From Lachnospiraceae bacterium (lineage in GTDB: Bacteria > Bacillota > Clostridia > Lachnospirales > Lachnospiraceae), in NCBI GenBank assembly GCA_024695575.1, contig JAILHY010000186.1:1-54117 (forward strand): a DNA stretch of 54,117 bases. Direction: 5' to 3'. Every line of letters starts with the position of its first letter. Position 1 is the stretch's first letter. The translations under genes were made by a program, and so were the position numbers. The notes beneath the pieces are model-generated. The model was not told the origin of the DNA. It saw nothing but the letters and a program-made list of their open reading frames with translations, and made no database searches. Positions 44,952 through 54,117 of this stretch are shown piece after piece.

Positions 44952-47900
44952 ATGAAACTGACTAAGAAGATCGCTGCCGGTTTAACGGCACTTTTGATAA
45001 GTTTTTCAACTGTTTTCGGAATGAGCGGGTTGACTGCCCATGCCGAGGGAGAAGAAGCGGAATTCGTCATGGACGGAGACCGCGAAGACTGGAATTATAT
45101 TACACCTTTGTTTGCGGGGGGCGGTGTTATCACCAAACTTTCCGCCTTTACAAAAGACGGTACATTGTACGGCAAAATGGAGCTTTCAAGCTCAGCCAAC
45201 TTTGATACCTGGCATATTTACTTTGACACTGACGAGAATGCGGAGAACCACCTTTATTTTACAGGTGCGGATTTTCTTCTGGAAACAGACATTCTCTATG
45301 AATATAAAGGCGATTCCGGTGACTGGGAAGGCCTTGAAGGGACAAGCGCGATAGTCGGAAGAGGTCTTTCGGGGGACAAGAAGACTCTGGAGTTTTCCAT
45401 TTCTCTTGCCGACATGGGAAATCCCGCAACAATCGGCATACACGCCGCAACGGTTTCAAACTGGGTTGACGTGGCAGACTGTCCGATGACGGTGGGCGAA
45501 TACTTAAACGTACCTGCTTATGAGGAAGTGGTTTCCGAGGAAATGGCAGGCCTTACCCCAGCGGAGCTGGAGGCTTACCTTGCTTCAAAGCAGTTTGCGG
45601 GCACAAAGAACCAGTGGGGTTCCATAGTATACGACGCTGTAAATGCAAACTCGAATCTTTACGCACTTAAGGCGGTTACTGATCGCGACAACCTATACAT
45701 TCACGCTGATGCCAAGGTCTTAAGCAACAACTTTACCGTATTCATCGAAACGGATGAGGCAACCTACGAACTTAAGGCTAACGGAAGTTTATACAGGACC
45801 AAGGAAGGAAAAAGAATCGATACCGGAACGCCAGTAAAGGCCTATTACAAGGATGACAGCGGCTTCGAGATCGTGATCCCCGTAGACATGCTTGAAGGCG
45901 GTAACGATCTTTATAAAGTAAGGATCAAAGAAGGCAAGGAACTTCTTCCCGATCCAGATGAAGATAATCCTGAAGAGCCCGTATTCCTTGAAGTAACCGC
46001 TCCAATCGAAGATGAAGCACCGGCCATTACCCTTGACGGTGATGACAGGGACTGGAAGGGACTTAAACCTATCGGAAAGGGCGAAGGAACTCTGGGAGAC
46101 TTATATGCCTTCAGAGATAACGATGCTCTTTACGTAATGACCTACATTTCGGGTGTAAAGGATCCCGAATCCTCAGCAGCCTATACGACCAGTCTTTTTA
46201 TCGGCTGTGATAATGATGACAGCACCGGATTTATACACAGTGGCTATGGTTTACATAACACAGGAGACATCCTTATTCAGGACTGGCATTCCTACGGGGA
46301 TGACAGAAACCTTGAAATCTTCTATGCAAGTGAACCTGTGATCCTTGAATGGAACATGAAAAAGCAGTACGTAGAGGGCTACGAGAAAGTCTTTGCAAAG
46401 ACCGGAAAGTCCGGAGTGTACTGCGCGGAATACAAGGTTCCTTTTGCAGCACTGTATGAGTTTACTGATGCTGTAGGCGATGATCTCTATGTCTGCATCG
46501 ACAGAAACGATGTGCAGACGGATGAAGAAACCTATGAGCGACTTACTCCCGAAGGTTTTACGCCTGCAAGGGATCCGGAAAAAGGTTCTTTTGCATTGGT
46601 TCCGAAATATAACGTCAAGTTTGACATTACAACCGAGGATTTCGGTTTTGAAGACTGGAACAGAGTATGTAACAGAGCCGTTCACGAAAATCATGTTAAC
46701 CTGGTGGGCATTAAGTCTGAGGAAAAACTCTACACCATGCTTACGGGTAACGGTGATCTTTCGACGGTAAACAGATACTATATTTCCACCGGAAACGGCG
46801 GATTTACGGTAGATGACAGAGACGAAGTTTCCTATGTGATCGAAAAAGGACGGCTCTGCAAGGTAACTGCCGACAACGAGTTTGACAAAGACGGGAAGCC
46901 TGTATTCATGTACTACGAAAGTGATACAGTGCTGATGCAGCTTTATCTTTCCGATTTGGGAGACCCTTCCGGCGTCAAGATCGCGGTCAATGCCAATGAG
47001 GGTGAGTATGTTCTTCCTGCCGAGGGATTTCTTACCATAACCAAGACCATCGAGGAAAACAGGGAAGAGGGCGTCTTTTATCCGAAGGCGGCTTACGATT
47101 TCCACAACAATCCTTTCAAAGGCTGGGTTGGCTGGGCCGATATTAACGAGGGCGATGTAGACGACATCCTTTCCGAGCATAATCTTATCTACGTTGATAT
47201 CAAGTGGAGTGAGCTTGAGCCCGAAAAAGGAAAGTACGCTTTCGAAGACATAGAGAAACAGTACCAGTTCGATAAATGGAAAAAGCAGGGCTGCAGGATG
47301 GTTTTCCGCTTTGTAATGGATAACCCCAATGTGGTGGACGGTGATCCGGATATCAAGAGAATGGATATCCCCGAATGGCTCTACAAGGAATTGGAAGAAG
47401 AAAATGCCGAGGGAGAGGGGGCTGGAACCTTTTATCTCGGAGAGACCATCAGAAGCCTTCTTGGCGGATGTGGTTTCTCGCCTAACTATAAGAGCGAGAA
47501 ACTCCTAAAATACCATGAAACAGCTATCAAAGCTTTCGCAGAGCGCTACGATGATCCCTCAATCTGTGCCTATGTGGAAGTGGGAAGCCTCGGACACTGG
47601 GCAGAGTTTCATACCTGGCCCACCGGAACGGGCGAATTCCCCGATCCGGAGCTTGCGCAGAAATACATGCAGGTTTATGCCGATGCATTCCACAATGTAA
47701 AAGTCGGTATCAGAAAACCTTATGCGCTTGCGGCAGAGAATAACTGGGGACTTTATAACGACATCTTCGGTGTAACAAGCGATGGAGGAACACCTACATT
47801 CCTTGAATGGGCTGCAACAGGCAATACGGATATGCCGGGATCAACGGACGAGGATATTGCGGCATCTGCAATGCCTGACTGGTGGAAGCTTAATTACTCC

Positions 47901-48668
47901 GGCGGTGAGTTTGCAAACGGAGATTTCCGTACAAATGCCCTTGATGAGAATATGTGTGCCGTACTTGATCAGATAAGGGACAGCCACACGACCTGGCTTG
48001 GACCCTGCTCCGCCTGCGATTTCAAGGTGGGAGATCCCGAGTACGATTATTACAGATACAATATCGAGACCCTGTTTTCAACCATGGGTTATAACTACAG
48101 GATCTACTGCATAGATAAGCCTGAAAGCCTTACACCCGGCGAAACCGCGGAACTTAACATTTCCTGGGATAATGCAGGGGTTGCTCCCATATACTATAAC
48201 TGCCCTGTAACTCTTTCTCTTAAGAATGGGGGCGGAGAAACGGTATATGAAGCTTTGCAGGATTTTGACACAACCACATGGCTTCCCGGACGAAGCAGCG
48301 TTAAGGCTGTACTTGATATTCCTTCCGATCTTCCCGATGGCGATTACACCCTTTCAGTCAAGATGACAACAGCCGATGACAGACATGATGTTATAAGGCT
48401 TTCCATGGAAGGTGAAAAAGAAGACGGATCCTACGATATTTACACCATTTCGGTAAGCAAGGCTTCCGAAACGGTAACAGAAACAAGAGCGGAAATAAAA
48501 GAAACCACAGAAACTTCAGTTTCCGTAACGGAAAATAAAACCGAAACCAATACCACAGAAGCTAAGATCGAAGAGAAAAAGTCTGTATGGCCCATTGTCA
48601 CCATAGTGATCGTTGTTGTGCTTGCAGGAGCAGGCGGCTTCTTAATAAGGAAAAGAGGAAATAAATGA
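44952..48668 (+). CDS. Secreted, C-terminally membrane-anchored multimodular putative glycoside hydrolase (DUF4832-type)
   Basis: Signal peptide ending AHA; about 4 repeated beta-rich modules; TIM-barrel-like domain with NPFKGW, WSELEPEKGKY, IPEW, GSLGHWAEFH, GGEF, MGY; Ig-like NAGVAPIY domain; T/E linker; TM helix + RKRGNK tail; start 44952 behind GAGGGG. Confidence 0.75.
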   Translation: MKLTKKIAAGLTALLISFSTVFGMSGLTAHAEGEEAEFVMDGDREDWNYITPLFAGGGVITKLSAFTKDGTLYGKMELSSSANFDTWHIYFDTDENAENHLYFTGADFLLETDILYEYKGDSGDWEGLEGTSAIVGRGLSGDKKTLEFSISLADMGNPATIGIHAATVSNWVDVADCPMTVGEYLNVPAYEEVVSEEMAGLTPAELEAYLASKQFAGTKNQWGSIVYDAVNANSNLYALKAVTDRDNLYIHADAKVLSNNFTVFIETDEATYELKANGSLYRTKEGKRIDTGTPVKAYYKDDSGFEIVIPVDMLEGGNDLYKVRIKEGKELLPDPDEDNPEEPVFLEVTAPIEDEAPAITLDGDDRDWKGLKPIGKGEGTLGDLYAFRDNDALYVMTYISGVKDPESSAAYTTSLFIGCDNDDSTGFIHSGYGLHNTGDILIQDWHSYGDDRNLEIFYASEPVILEWNMKKQYVEGYEKVFAKTGKSGVYCAEYKVPFAALYEFTDAVGDDLYVCIDRNDVQTDEETYERLTPEGFTPARDPEKGSFALVPKYNVKFDITTEDFGFEDWNRVCNRAVHENHVNLVGIKSEEKLYTMLTGNGDLSTVNRYYISTGNGGFTVDDRDEVSYVIEKGRLCKVTADNEFDKDGKPVFMYYESDTVLMQLYLSDLGDPSGVKIAVNANEGEYVLPAEGFLTITKTIEENREEGVFYPKAAYDFHNNPFKGWVGWADINEGDVDDILSEHNLIYVDIKWSELEPEKGKYAFEDIEKQYQFDKWKKQGCRMVFRFVMDNPNVVDGDPDIKRMDIPEWLYKELEEENAEGEGAGTFYLGETIRSLLGGCGFSPNYKSEKLLKYHETAIKAFAERYDDPSICAYVEVGSLGHWAEFHTWPTGTGEFPDPELAQKYMQVYADAFHNVKVGIRKPYALAAENNWGLYNDIFGVTSDGGTPTFLEWAATGNTDMPGSTDEDIAASAMPDWWKLNYSGGEFANGDFRTNALDENMCAVLDQIRDSHTTWLGPCSACDFKVGDPEYDYYRYNIETLFSTMGYNYRIYCIDKPESLTPGETAELNISWDNAGVAPIYYNCPVTLSLKNGGGETVYEALQDFDTTTWLPGRSSVKAVLDIPSDLPDGDYTLSVKMTTADDRHDVIRLSMEGEKEDGSYDIYTISVSKASETVTETRAEIKETTETSVSVTENKTETNTTEAKIEEKKSVWPIVTIVIVVVLAGAGGFLIRKRGNK

Positions 48669-49921
48669 AACTTGCATTGATAGGTGCGGGACAAAGGGGT
48701 ATGATTTATGCACGCTACGCCTTCGAAAAGGCGGGAGCAAAGATCACTGCAGTGGTTGACATTAATCCGGAAAAGCGTGAAAGTGCCGTAAAGGAATTCA
48801 GCATACCAAGTGACAGGGTGTATGATAACACGGATGACTTCTTTAAGGCAGGAAAGATCGCTGATGCCGTAATTCTTGCCACCATGGACAGGGATCATTA
48901 CGCACAAGCTATGAAGGCAATGGGCCTTGGATATGACATTCTTCTTGAAAAGCCCATTTCGCCTGATGTTCGCGAGTGTATTGAGATCAGGGACAAGGCA
49001 AAAGAAAAGAATGTGACTGTGGTTGTCTGTCATGTCCTCAGGTATACAAGATTCTTTTCCGCCATCAAGCAGGTGATAGATTCCGGTGAACTTGGAAAGG
49101 TTGTTACCATCCAGCATGCGGAAAATGTGGGAAACTTCCACATGGCTCATTCCTTCGTGCGCGGAAACTGGCGTAATTCCGACCTTTCCAGCCCAATAAT
49201 CATGCAGAAATCCTGCCATGACATGGATATTCTTTTGTGGCTGGTTGGAAGTAATGCAAAGAAGATATCATCCTTCGGAAATCTTTCCTTCTTCAAGAAG
49301 GAAAATGCGCCGGAAGGCTCCACCGAGAGATGTCTTGACTGTCCCTGCGCAGGCACATGTCGTTTCGACGGAAAGAAGGCTTACCTTCCCATAAAAGGTG
49401 AATGGCCTGCAACGGTACTTACGGAAGACCAGACGGAAGAAGGTATATTGAAAGCGCTTAAAGAAGGCCCTTATGGACGATGCGTATTCAGATGCGATAA
49501 TAACGTCTGTGACAACCAGGTTACGGATATAGAGTTTGAGAACGGCGTTACCGCAACCTTCCATTTGAGCGGTTTCTCAAACCAGATGCACCGCACCATC
49601 AAGGTTATGTGCGAAAACGGCGATATCATCGGTGACGATGCCGAGGATTTCATAACCGTTAACAAATATTCATCCAATTACCTCTATGAGGGTGAGAAGC
49701 GCAAGATCCCCGTAAACAACGAGGAAGGTTTCCACGGGGGCGGAGATTACAGGCTTACCATGGACTTCCTGGAGGCACTTGAACACAAGGGAGAGGGTGT
49801 TTCCATAAGATCCGGTATAGAACAGTCGGTTGAAAGTCACCTTATGGCTTATGCTGCGGAGCAGGCCAGATTAAAGGGCGAAGTGTTTAACATGGAAAGC
49901 TTAAGAAAAGGAGAAATTTAA
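48665..49921 (+). CDS. Gfo/Idh/MocA family oxidoreductase
   Basis: IGAGQRG, LLEKP, HSFVRGNW, KSCHDMD, Cys-rich insert C..C...C, HGGGD. Confidence 0.92.
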   Translation: MKLALIGAGQRGMIYARYAFEKAGAKITAVVDINPEKRESAVKEFSIPSDRVYDNTDDFFKAGKIADAVILATMDRDHYAQAMKAMGLGYDILLEKPISPDVRECIEIRDKAKEKNVTVVVCHVLRYTRFFSAIKQVIDSGELGKVVTIQHAENVGNFHMAHSFVRGNWRNSDLSSPIIMQKSCHDMDILLWLVGSNAKKISSFGNLSFFKKENAPEGSTERCLDCPCAGTCRFDGKKAYLPIKGEWPATVLTEDQTEEGILKALKEGPYGRCVFRCDNNVCDNQVTDIEFENGVTATFHLSGFSNQMHRTIKVMCENGDIIGDDAEDFITVNKYSSNYLYEGEKRKIPVNNEEGFHGGGDYRLTMDFLEALEHKGEGVSIRSGIEQSVESHLMAYAAEQARLKGEVFNMESLRKGEI

Positions 49922-49924
49922 AGG

Positions 49925-50863
49925 ATGAAAGAACCTGCACTTGTAATAATGGCTGCCGGAATGGGAAGCAGATACGGCGGATTAAAGCAGATCGATCCCG
50001 TGGATCCCGAAGGACACATCATTATTGATTTCTCCATATACGATGCCCTTCAGGCAGGCTTTAAAAAGATTGTGTTCATCATAAAGAAAGAGATAGAGAA
50101 GGACTTTAAGGAAGCTGTCGGTAACAGAATCTCAGCCATCACTGATGTTGAGTATGTTTTTCAGGAAGTTGACAAGGTTCCTGCAAAGACTTCATCCGGT
50201 AAGGCGTTTTCCGTGCCGGAAGGACGCACCAAGCCCTGGGGAACAGGTCATGCCATCCTTTGCTGTAAAGACGCAGTGGACGGGCCGTTTGCGGTCATCA
50301 ATTCCGACGATTATTACGGCCCCGACGGTTTTAAGCAGATCTACAAGGAACTTACCGAGAATGCAAAAGATGATTCTTTTAACTACTGCATGGTAGGGTA
50401 CGTTCTTTCCAATACACTTACGGAGAACGGCTCGGTTTCCCGAGGTGTCTGCAATGTGGACGCGAACGGGTATTTAAAGACCATAGAAGAAAAAACAAAG
50501 ATCATAAAGAAGGGCGAGGGCGCTGCATTTTCCGATGATAACGGAGAAACCTGGCAGGATATCGATGCGAAATCAACCGTTTCCATGAACCTGTGGGGCT
50601 TTGGAAAGACTTTCTTTACAGAGCTTGAAAAGGGCTTTGACAGATTCCTTGAGGAAAATGTGCCTGCCAATCCTTTAAAGAGTGAATTCTACCTCCTTGG
50701 ACCGGTTCAGGATCTTATAAACGAGGGCAGAGGAAGCGTTCACGTATTAAAGAGCCTTGATCAGTGGTTTGGCGTTACCTACAAGGAAGATAAAGAAAAG
50801 GTTACAAACGCCATACAGGAATTAAAAAGAAAAGGGGTATACCCCGAACATTTATGGAAATAG
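49925..50863 (+). CDS. Sugar-1-phosphate nucleotidyltransferase family protein
   Basis: MAAGMGSRYGGLKQ, RTKPWGTGHA, VINSDDYYG, WFGVTY. Confidence 0.9.
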   Translation: MKEPALVIMAAGMGSRYGGLKQIDPVDPEGHIIIDFSIYDALQAGFKKIVFIIKKEIEKDFKEAVGNRISAITDVEYVFQEVDKVPAKTSSGKAFSVPEGRTKPWGTGHAILCCKDAVDGPFAVINSDDYYGPDGFKQIYKELTENAKDDSFNYCMVGYVLSNTLTENGSVSRGVCNVDANGYLKTIEEKTKIIKKGEGAAFSDDNGETWQDIDAKSTVSMNLWGFGKTFFTELEKGFDRFLEENVPANPLKSEFYLLGPVQDLINEGRGSVHVLKSLDQWFGVTYKEDKEKVTNAIQELKRKGVYPEHLWK

Positions 50864-50879
50864 AGGAAGAGAAGACAGA

Positions 50880-51983
50880 ATGTCCCACGAAGATTGTTGC
50901 ACAAAAAGACGCGAAGCATTAAATGAATTTGCTCTTCCGGGGAAGGCGATAAGCTGCGAGAGGTACGGAAACGGTCATATTAACGACACCTTTCTTACGA
51001 TCACGGATGAGGGAAAGCGATTCATTCTTCAGCGCATGAATACGGACGTTTTCAAGGATCCCGTTTCGTTAATGAACAATATTGTTCTTGTAACGGAATT
51101 CCTAAAAAAGAAGATCGAGCAGAGAGGCGGAGACACTGAACGGGAGACTCTTAATATCGTAGGCACAAAAGACGGCGGTGCCTATCATGTGGATTCAACA
51201 GGCAACTACTGGAGAGTTTACAGATATATTGAAGATGCTGTAACCCTTGACAAAGTAAGGACTCCTGATGATTTTTATGCAAGTGCGGTGGCTTTCGGAA
51301 GATTTTCGGGTCAGATGGCAGATTTTGATGCATCAAAGCTTACGGAAACAATCCCTGATTTTCACAATACTCCGAAGCGCTTTGAAACCTTCATGAGAGC
51401 CGTAAAAGACGATGTATGCAAAAGAGCGGAAGGCGTGCAGGCGGAGATTGAATTTTACAAGGCTCATGAAGCTGACATGAACTACTGCGCCGAAAGACTT
51501 AAAGAGGGGAAACTTCCCTTAAGAGTTACGCATAACGATACAAAGTTAAACAACATCATGCTTGATAATAAAACGGGGAAGGGTATCTGCGTGATCGATC
51601 TTGATACCGTTATGCCGGGACTTTCCATTTACGATTTCGGTGATTCCATAAGATTTGGCGCCAATACCGCTGCAGAGGACGAAATCGATCTTTCGAAGGT
51701 TTCTCTTTCAACGGATCTTTTTGATACCTACGTAAAGGGGTATCTTGAAGGATGTGACGGTGCCCTTACGAAAGAAGAAATCAAGCTCTTACCCATGGGA
51801 GCTAAGACCATGACCCTTGAATGCGGAATGAGGTTCCTGACTGACTACCTTCAGGGTGATACCTACTTTATGATCCACAGAGAGGGACATAACCTTGACA
51901 GGACCAGAACTCAGATAGAGCTGGTGAAGGACATGGAAAGAAAATGGAACGATATGGAAGCCATCGTAAATGAGTATATATGA
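50880..51983 (+). CDS. APH-fold sugar kinase, N-acetylhexosamine 1-kinase (NahK)-like
   Basis: GNGHINDT, ILQRMN..VF, ETIPDFHNT, RVTHNDTKLNN, VIDLDTVMPG, DFGDSIR, RFLTDYL.GD.YF. Confidence 0.85.
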   Translation: MSHEDCCTKRREALNEFALPGKAISCERYGNGHINDTFLTITDEGKRFILQRMNTDVFKDPVSLMNNIVLVTEFLKKKIEQRGGDTERETLNIVGTKDGGAYHVDSTGNYWRVYRYIEDAVTLDKVRTPDDFYASAVAFGRFSGQMADFDASKLTETIPDFHNTPKRFETFMRAVKDDVCKRAEGVQAEIEFYKAHEADMNYCAERLKEGKLPLRVTHNDTKLNNIMLDNKTGKGICVIDLDTVMPGLSIYDFGDSIRFGANTAAEDEIDLSKVSLSTDLFDTYVKGYLEGCDGALTKEEIKLLPMGAKTMTLECGMRFLTDYLQGDTYFMIHREGHNLDRTRTQIELVKDMERKWNDMEAIVNEYI

Positions 51984-51992
51984 TATTTTAAG

Positions 51993-52023
51993 GATTCCGG
52001 GTACAGTGCCCGGAATCTTTTTT
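51993..52023 (+). terminator. Rho-independent terminator ending the operon
   Basis: GATTCCGGG-N7-CCCGGAATC followed by TTTTTT. Confidence 0.9.
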
Positions 52024-52036
52024 ATTCTTTCTTTAT

Positions 52037-52065
52037 TTGCCGTAATGAAGTGCCGGTGTTATAGT
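52037..52065 (+). promoter_or_regulatory. Sigma-A promoter
   Basis: TTGCCG-17 bp-TATAGT with an extended TG. Confidence 0.65.
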
Positions 52066-52095
52066 TGTAAGTGTGTGTGAAAGGGGTACATCAAA

Positions 52096-53721
52096 TTGAA
52101 CAGACCTATTTTAAACAATAAGTGTTATCTTTATCTTACCGAGTTTTTTGCCGGAATGTCCGTTATGGCTGTGGAGCTTGGGGCAAGTAGGCTGCTGGCT
52201 CCGTATTTCAGTTCGTCTCAGATAGTATGGACCATCATAATCGGTACCATAATGATCGCCATGGCACTTGGTAATGTGCTTGGAGGAAGATGGGCAGACA
52301 GGGACCGTAATCCAGACAGACTCTACGGACGGATAGTGGTGGCGGCTCTTTGGATCGCTCTTATCCCGGTTGTGGGTAAGTACATAATCATCGGCATATC
52401 CGCGCTTCTTGTATTTACCGTTAGTTCAAACTTTCTTGTCATAGCCGCGTTCGCTGCCTGCATGATCATTTTTGTTTTTCCGCTGTTTCTGCTTGGCACC
52501 GTTACGCCGTCTCTTGTGAAGTTCTCGGTTGACAGCCTTGATGACAGCGGTAAAGTGGTGGGTTATCTCAATGCCTCCAACACCATAGGAAGCATAATCG
52601 GTACCTTCGTGCCTACTTTTGTAAGCATACCATCGGTTGGAACGAGTATTACTTTTCTGATCTTTGCGGGGATCCTGCTTATTCTTGCACTTGTTTATTT
52701 TGCATCGGGAAAGATTAACAAACGAAAAGTAGCGGCAGGCGCCCTGATATTTGTTCTGGCACTGGTCTTAGGGCATGACGATTCTTTTGCTTTTTGGGAA
52801 AAAGACTTAACCTACGAAGGCGAATCGGTATATAATTATTTACAGGTTTACGAGGATGATTCGGAAGTTGTACTGAGCACCAACGTGTTGTTTGGCGTGC
52901 AGTCCGTTTATCTTAAAGAGAAGTCTCTGACCGGCATGTACTACGATTACGCCATGGCTGCTCCTTTTATGGCCGGGGTAAAAGAAAAGGATAACCTTAA
53001 TATCCTTGTTCTTGGTATGGGAACAGGAACTTTTTCCCTTCAGTGTAACCGGTATTTTGACAATGTGACTGCGGAAGGCGTTGAGATCGATGACAGGATC
53101 ACAGCTCTTGCAAGGCAGTATTTTGAACTTCCTGAGGAGATCAAGGTCACAACCTATGACGGAAGGGCTTTTCTGCAGGGGCTTTCTTCCATGAAGGAAG
53201 GCGCCGGCAGGGAGCGTAAACTCTACGATGTCATAATGGTGGATGCTTATCAGGACATAACAATACCCTTTCAGATGTCGTCTACGGAATTCTTCAACCT
53301 TGTAAAAGAAAACCTTACGGAAGACGGCGTCATGGTCGTTAACATGAATATGCGTTCCGACGGAGAAAAGGGAATAAACGCTTATCTTTCAGATACCATA
53401 GCTTCGGTGTTTTCCGAGGTTTCCACAGTGGATGTGAGGTTTAATACAAATCGCGTTCTTTTTGCTACAAATAACAGTGCATACAGGGATAAGCTTGCTA
53501 ACGGAGCAGAGGCCGAGGATGATCCGGATCTTAGGCGGATGATGCGGACCGTTAACGAAGAACTGAGAACATATCAGCCGGGTTCACTCATTCTTACGGA
53601 TGACAGGGCGCCGGTGGAACTTCTTTCCATGAAGGCCATAGATGCCATAATCAAAGATGAAGTGGATTATTACAAGGATATATTCAAAACAGAAGGGATT
53701 AAGGGACTTATCGACAGATAG
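52096..53721 (+). CDS. Fused MFS-like membrane domain / spermidine synthase-like SAM-binding domain
   Basis: TTG start; 7 TM segments (MAVELGASRLLAPYF, GSIIGTF); ESVYN, LGMGTG, VEID, DGRAFL, YDVIMVDAY, LTDDRAPVE. Confidence 0.9.
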   Translation: MNRPILNNKCYLYLTEFFAGMSVMAVELGASRLLAPYFSSSQIVWTIIIGTIMIAMALGNVLGGRWADRDRNPDRLYGRIVVAALWIALIPVVGKYIIIGISALLVFTVSSNFLVIAAFAACMIIFVFPLFLLGTVTPSLVKFSVDSLDDSGKVVGYLNASNTIGSIIGTFVPTFVSIPSVGTSITFLIFAGILLILALVYFASGKINKRKVAAGALIFVLALVLGHDDSFAFWEKDLTYEGESVYNYLQVYEDDSEVVLSTNVLFGVQSVYLKEKSLTGMYYDYAMAAPFMAGVKEKDNLNILVLGMGTGTFSLQCNRYFDNVTAEGVEIDDRITALARQYFELPEEIKVTTYDGRAFLQGLSSMKEGAGRERKLYDVIMVDAYQDITIPFQMSSTEFFNLVKENLTEDGVMVVNMNMRSDGEKGINAYLSDTIASVFSEVSTVDVRFNTNRVLFATNNSAYRDKLANGAEAEDDPDLRRMMRTVNEELRTYQPGSLILTDDRAPVELLSMKAIDAIIKDEVDYYKDIFKTEGIKGLIDR

Positions 53722-53752
53722 GTCTTACAATAGATAAAGGAGAGAGTTTTAT

Positions 53753-54117
53753 ATGCAGAACAGATTACCTAAAAGAAACGAGGTGGCCAAAGAGCTTACC
53801 TGGAGACTGGAGGATATTTACGACGACGAGTCAAAATGGGAAGCAGAGCTTAAGGAAGCCGGCGAGATAGCTGACAAAATGGCAGGCTATGCAGGAAAGA
53901 TCTCGGCTGACGGCGAGACACTTCTTGAGTATCTTAAGCTTGACGAACAGCTTGATCTTCTTATGGACAGGATCCACGGCTATGCCCACATGAGAGAGGA
54001 TCAGGATACTGCAGATGCCAAGTATCAGGCATTAAAGCAAAGAGCAGCATCCGCATATGTGATGGCTTCGGAAAAGACCGCATTTATGCGCCCTGAGATC
54101 CTTTCTTTGTCAGATGC
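53753..54117 (+). CDS. pepF: Oligoendopeptidase F (M3B), 5' part; runs off the window
   Basis: Hand translation MQNRLPKRNEVAKELTWRLEDIY...YAHMREDQDTAD..YQ; RBS AAGGAG; not in the ORF track because it has no stop. Confidence 0.85.
   Translation, partial: MQNRLPKRNEVAKELTWRLEDIYDDESKWEAELKEAGEIADKMAGYAGKISADGETLLEYLKLDEQLDLLMDRIHGYAHMREDQDTADAKYQALKQRAASAYVMASEKTAFMRPEILSLSD

Noticed and set aside
46251-47180. 309-aa minus-strand ORF (also 48440-49219, 40440-41036, 27154-27837, 17703-18305)
   Set aside because: They lie opposite recognised genes, as expected from codon bias, and show no family signatures
50880-51983. Aminoglycoside resistance kinase
   Set aside because: APH fold, but the GHINDT/HNDTKLNN/DLDT motifs and the operon context match NahK-like sugar kinases

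Overview
Chromosomal segment of a low-GC Gram-positive anaerobe. Gene content, sigma-A promoters, GGAGG RBSs and a CIRCE box fit Lachnospiraceae-like Clostridia (inference). It is gene-dense (about 48 CDS), and I found no rRNA, tRNA, CRISPR array, transposase or integrase. Main blocks, in order: (1) sugar ABC importer + intracellular GH66 + AraC (0-5.7 kb); (2) a mixed operon with MsrA, an Lsa-like ABC-F protein and PepT; (3) a PD-(D/E)xK nuclease-SF1 helicase fusion, divergent from a run of small modifying enzymes and gene remnants (12.8-23.4 kb); (4) hsp20 with a perfect CIRCE and a candidate RNA thermometer; (5) ybaK-paaI-sfsA and a heterodimeric ABC exporter; (6) a Dabb + 2x Gfo/Idh/MocA + TIM-barrel operon; (7) an SPFH + ribbon-helix-helix + ABC operon with a tandem TGATATCA operator; (8) a 13 kb LacI-linked locus (38.8-52.0 kb). 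Block 8 is the best candidate for an undescribed system. It combines a GNAT-like acyltransferase, an ABC importer, a large membrane-anchored multi-module DUF4832-type glycosidase, an oxidoreductase, a nucleotidyltransferase and a NahK-like kinase, which suggests amino-sugar polymer degradation with re-N-acylation and salvage. All family calls come from motif recognition by eye; no database searches were run.
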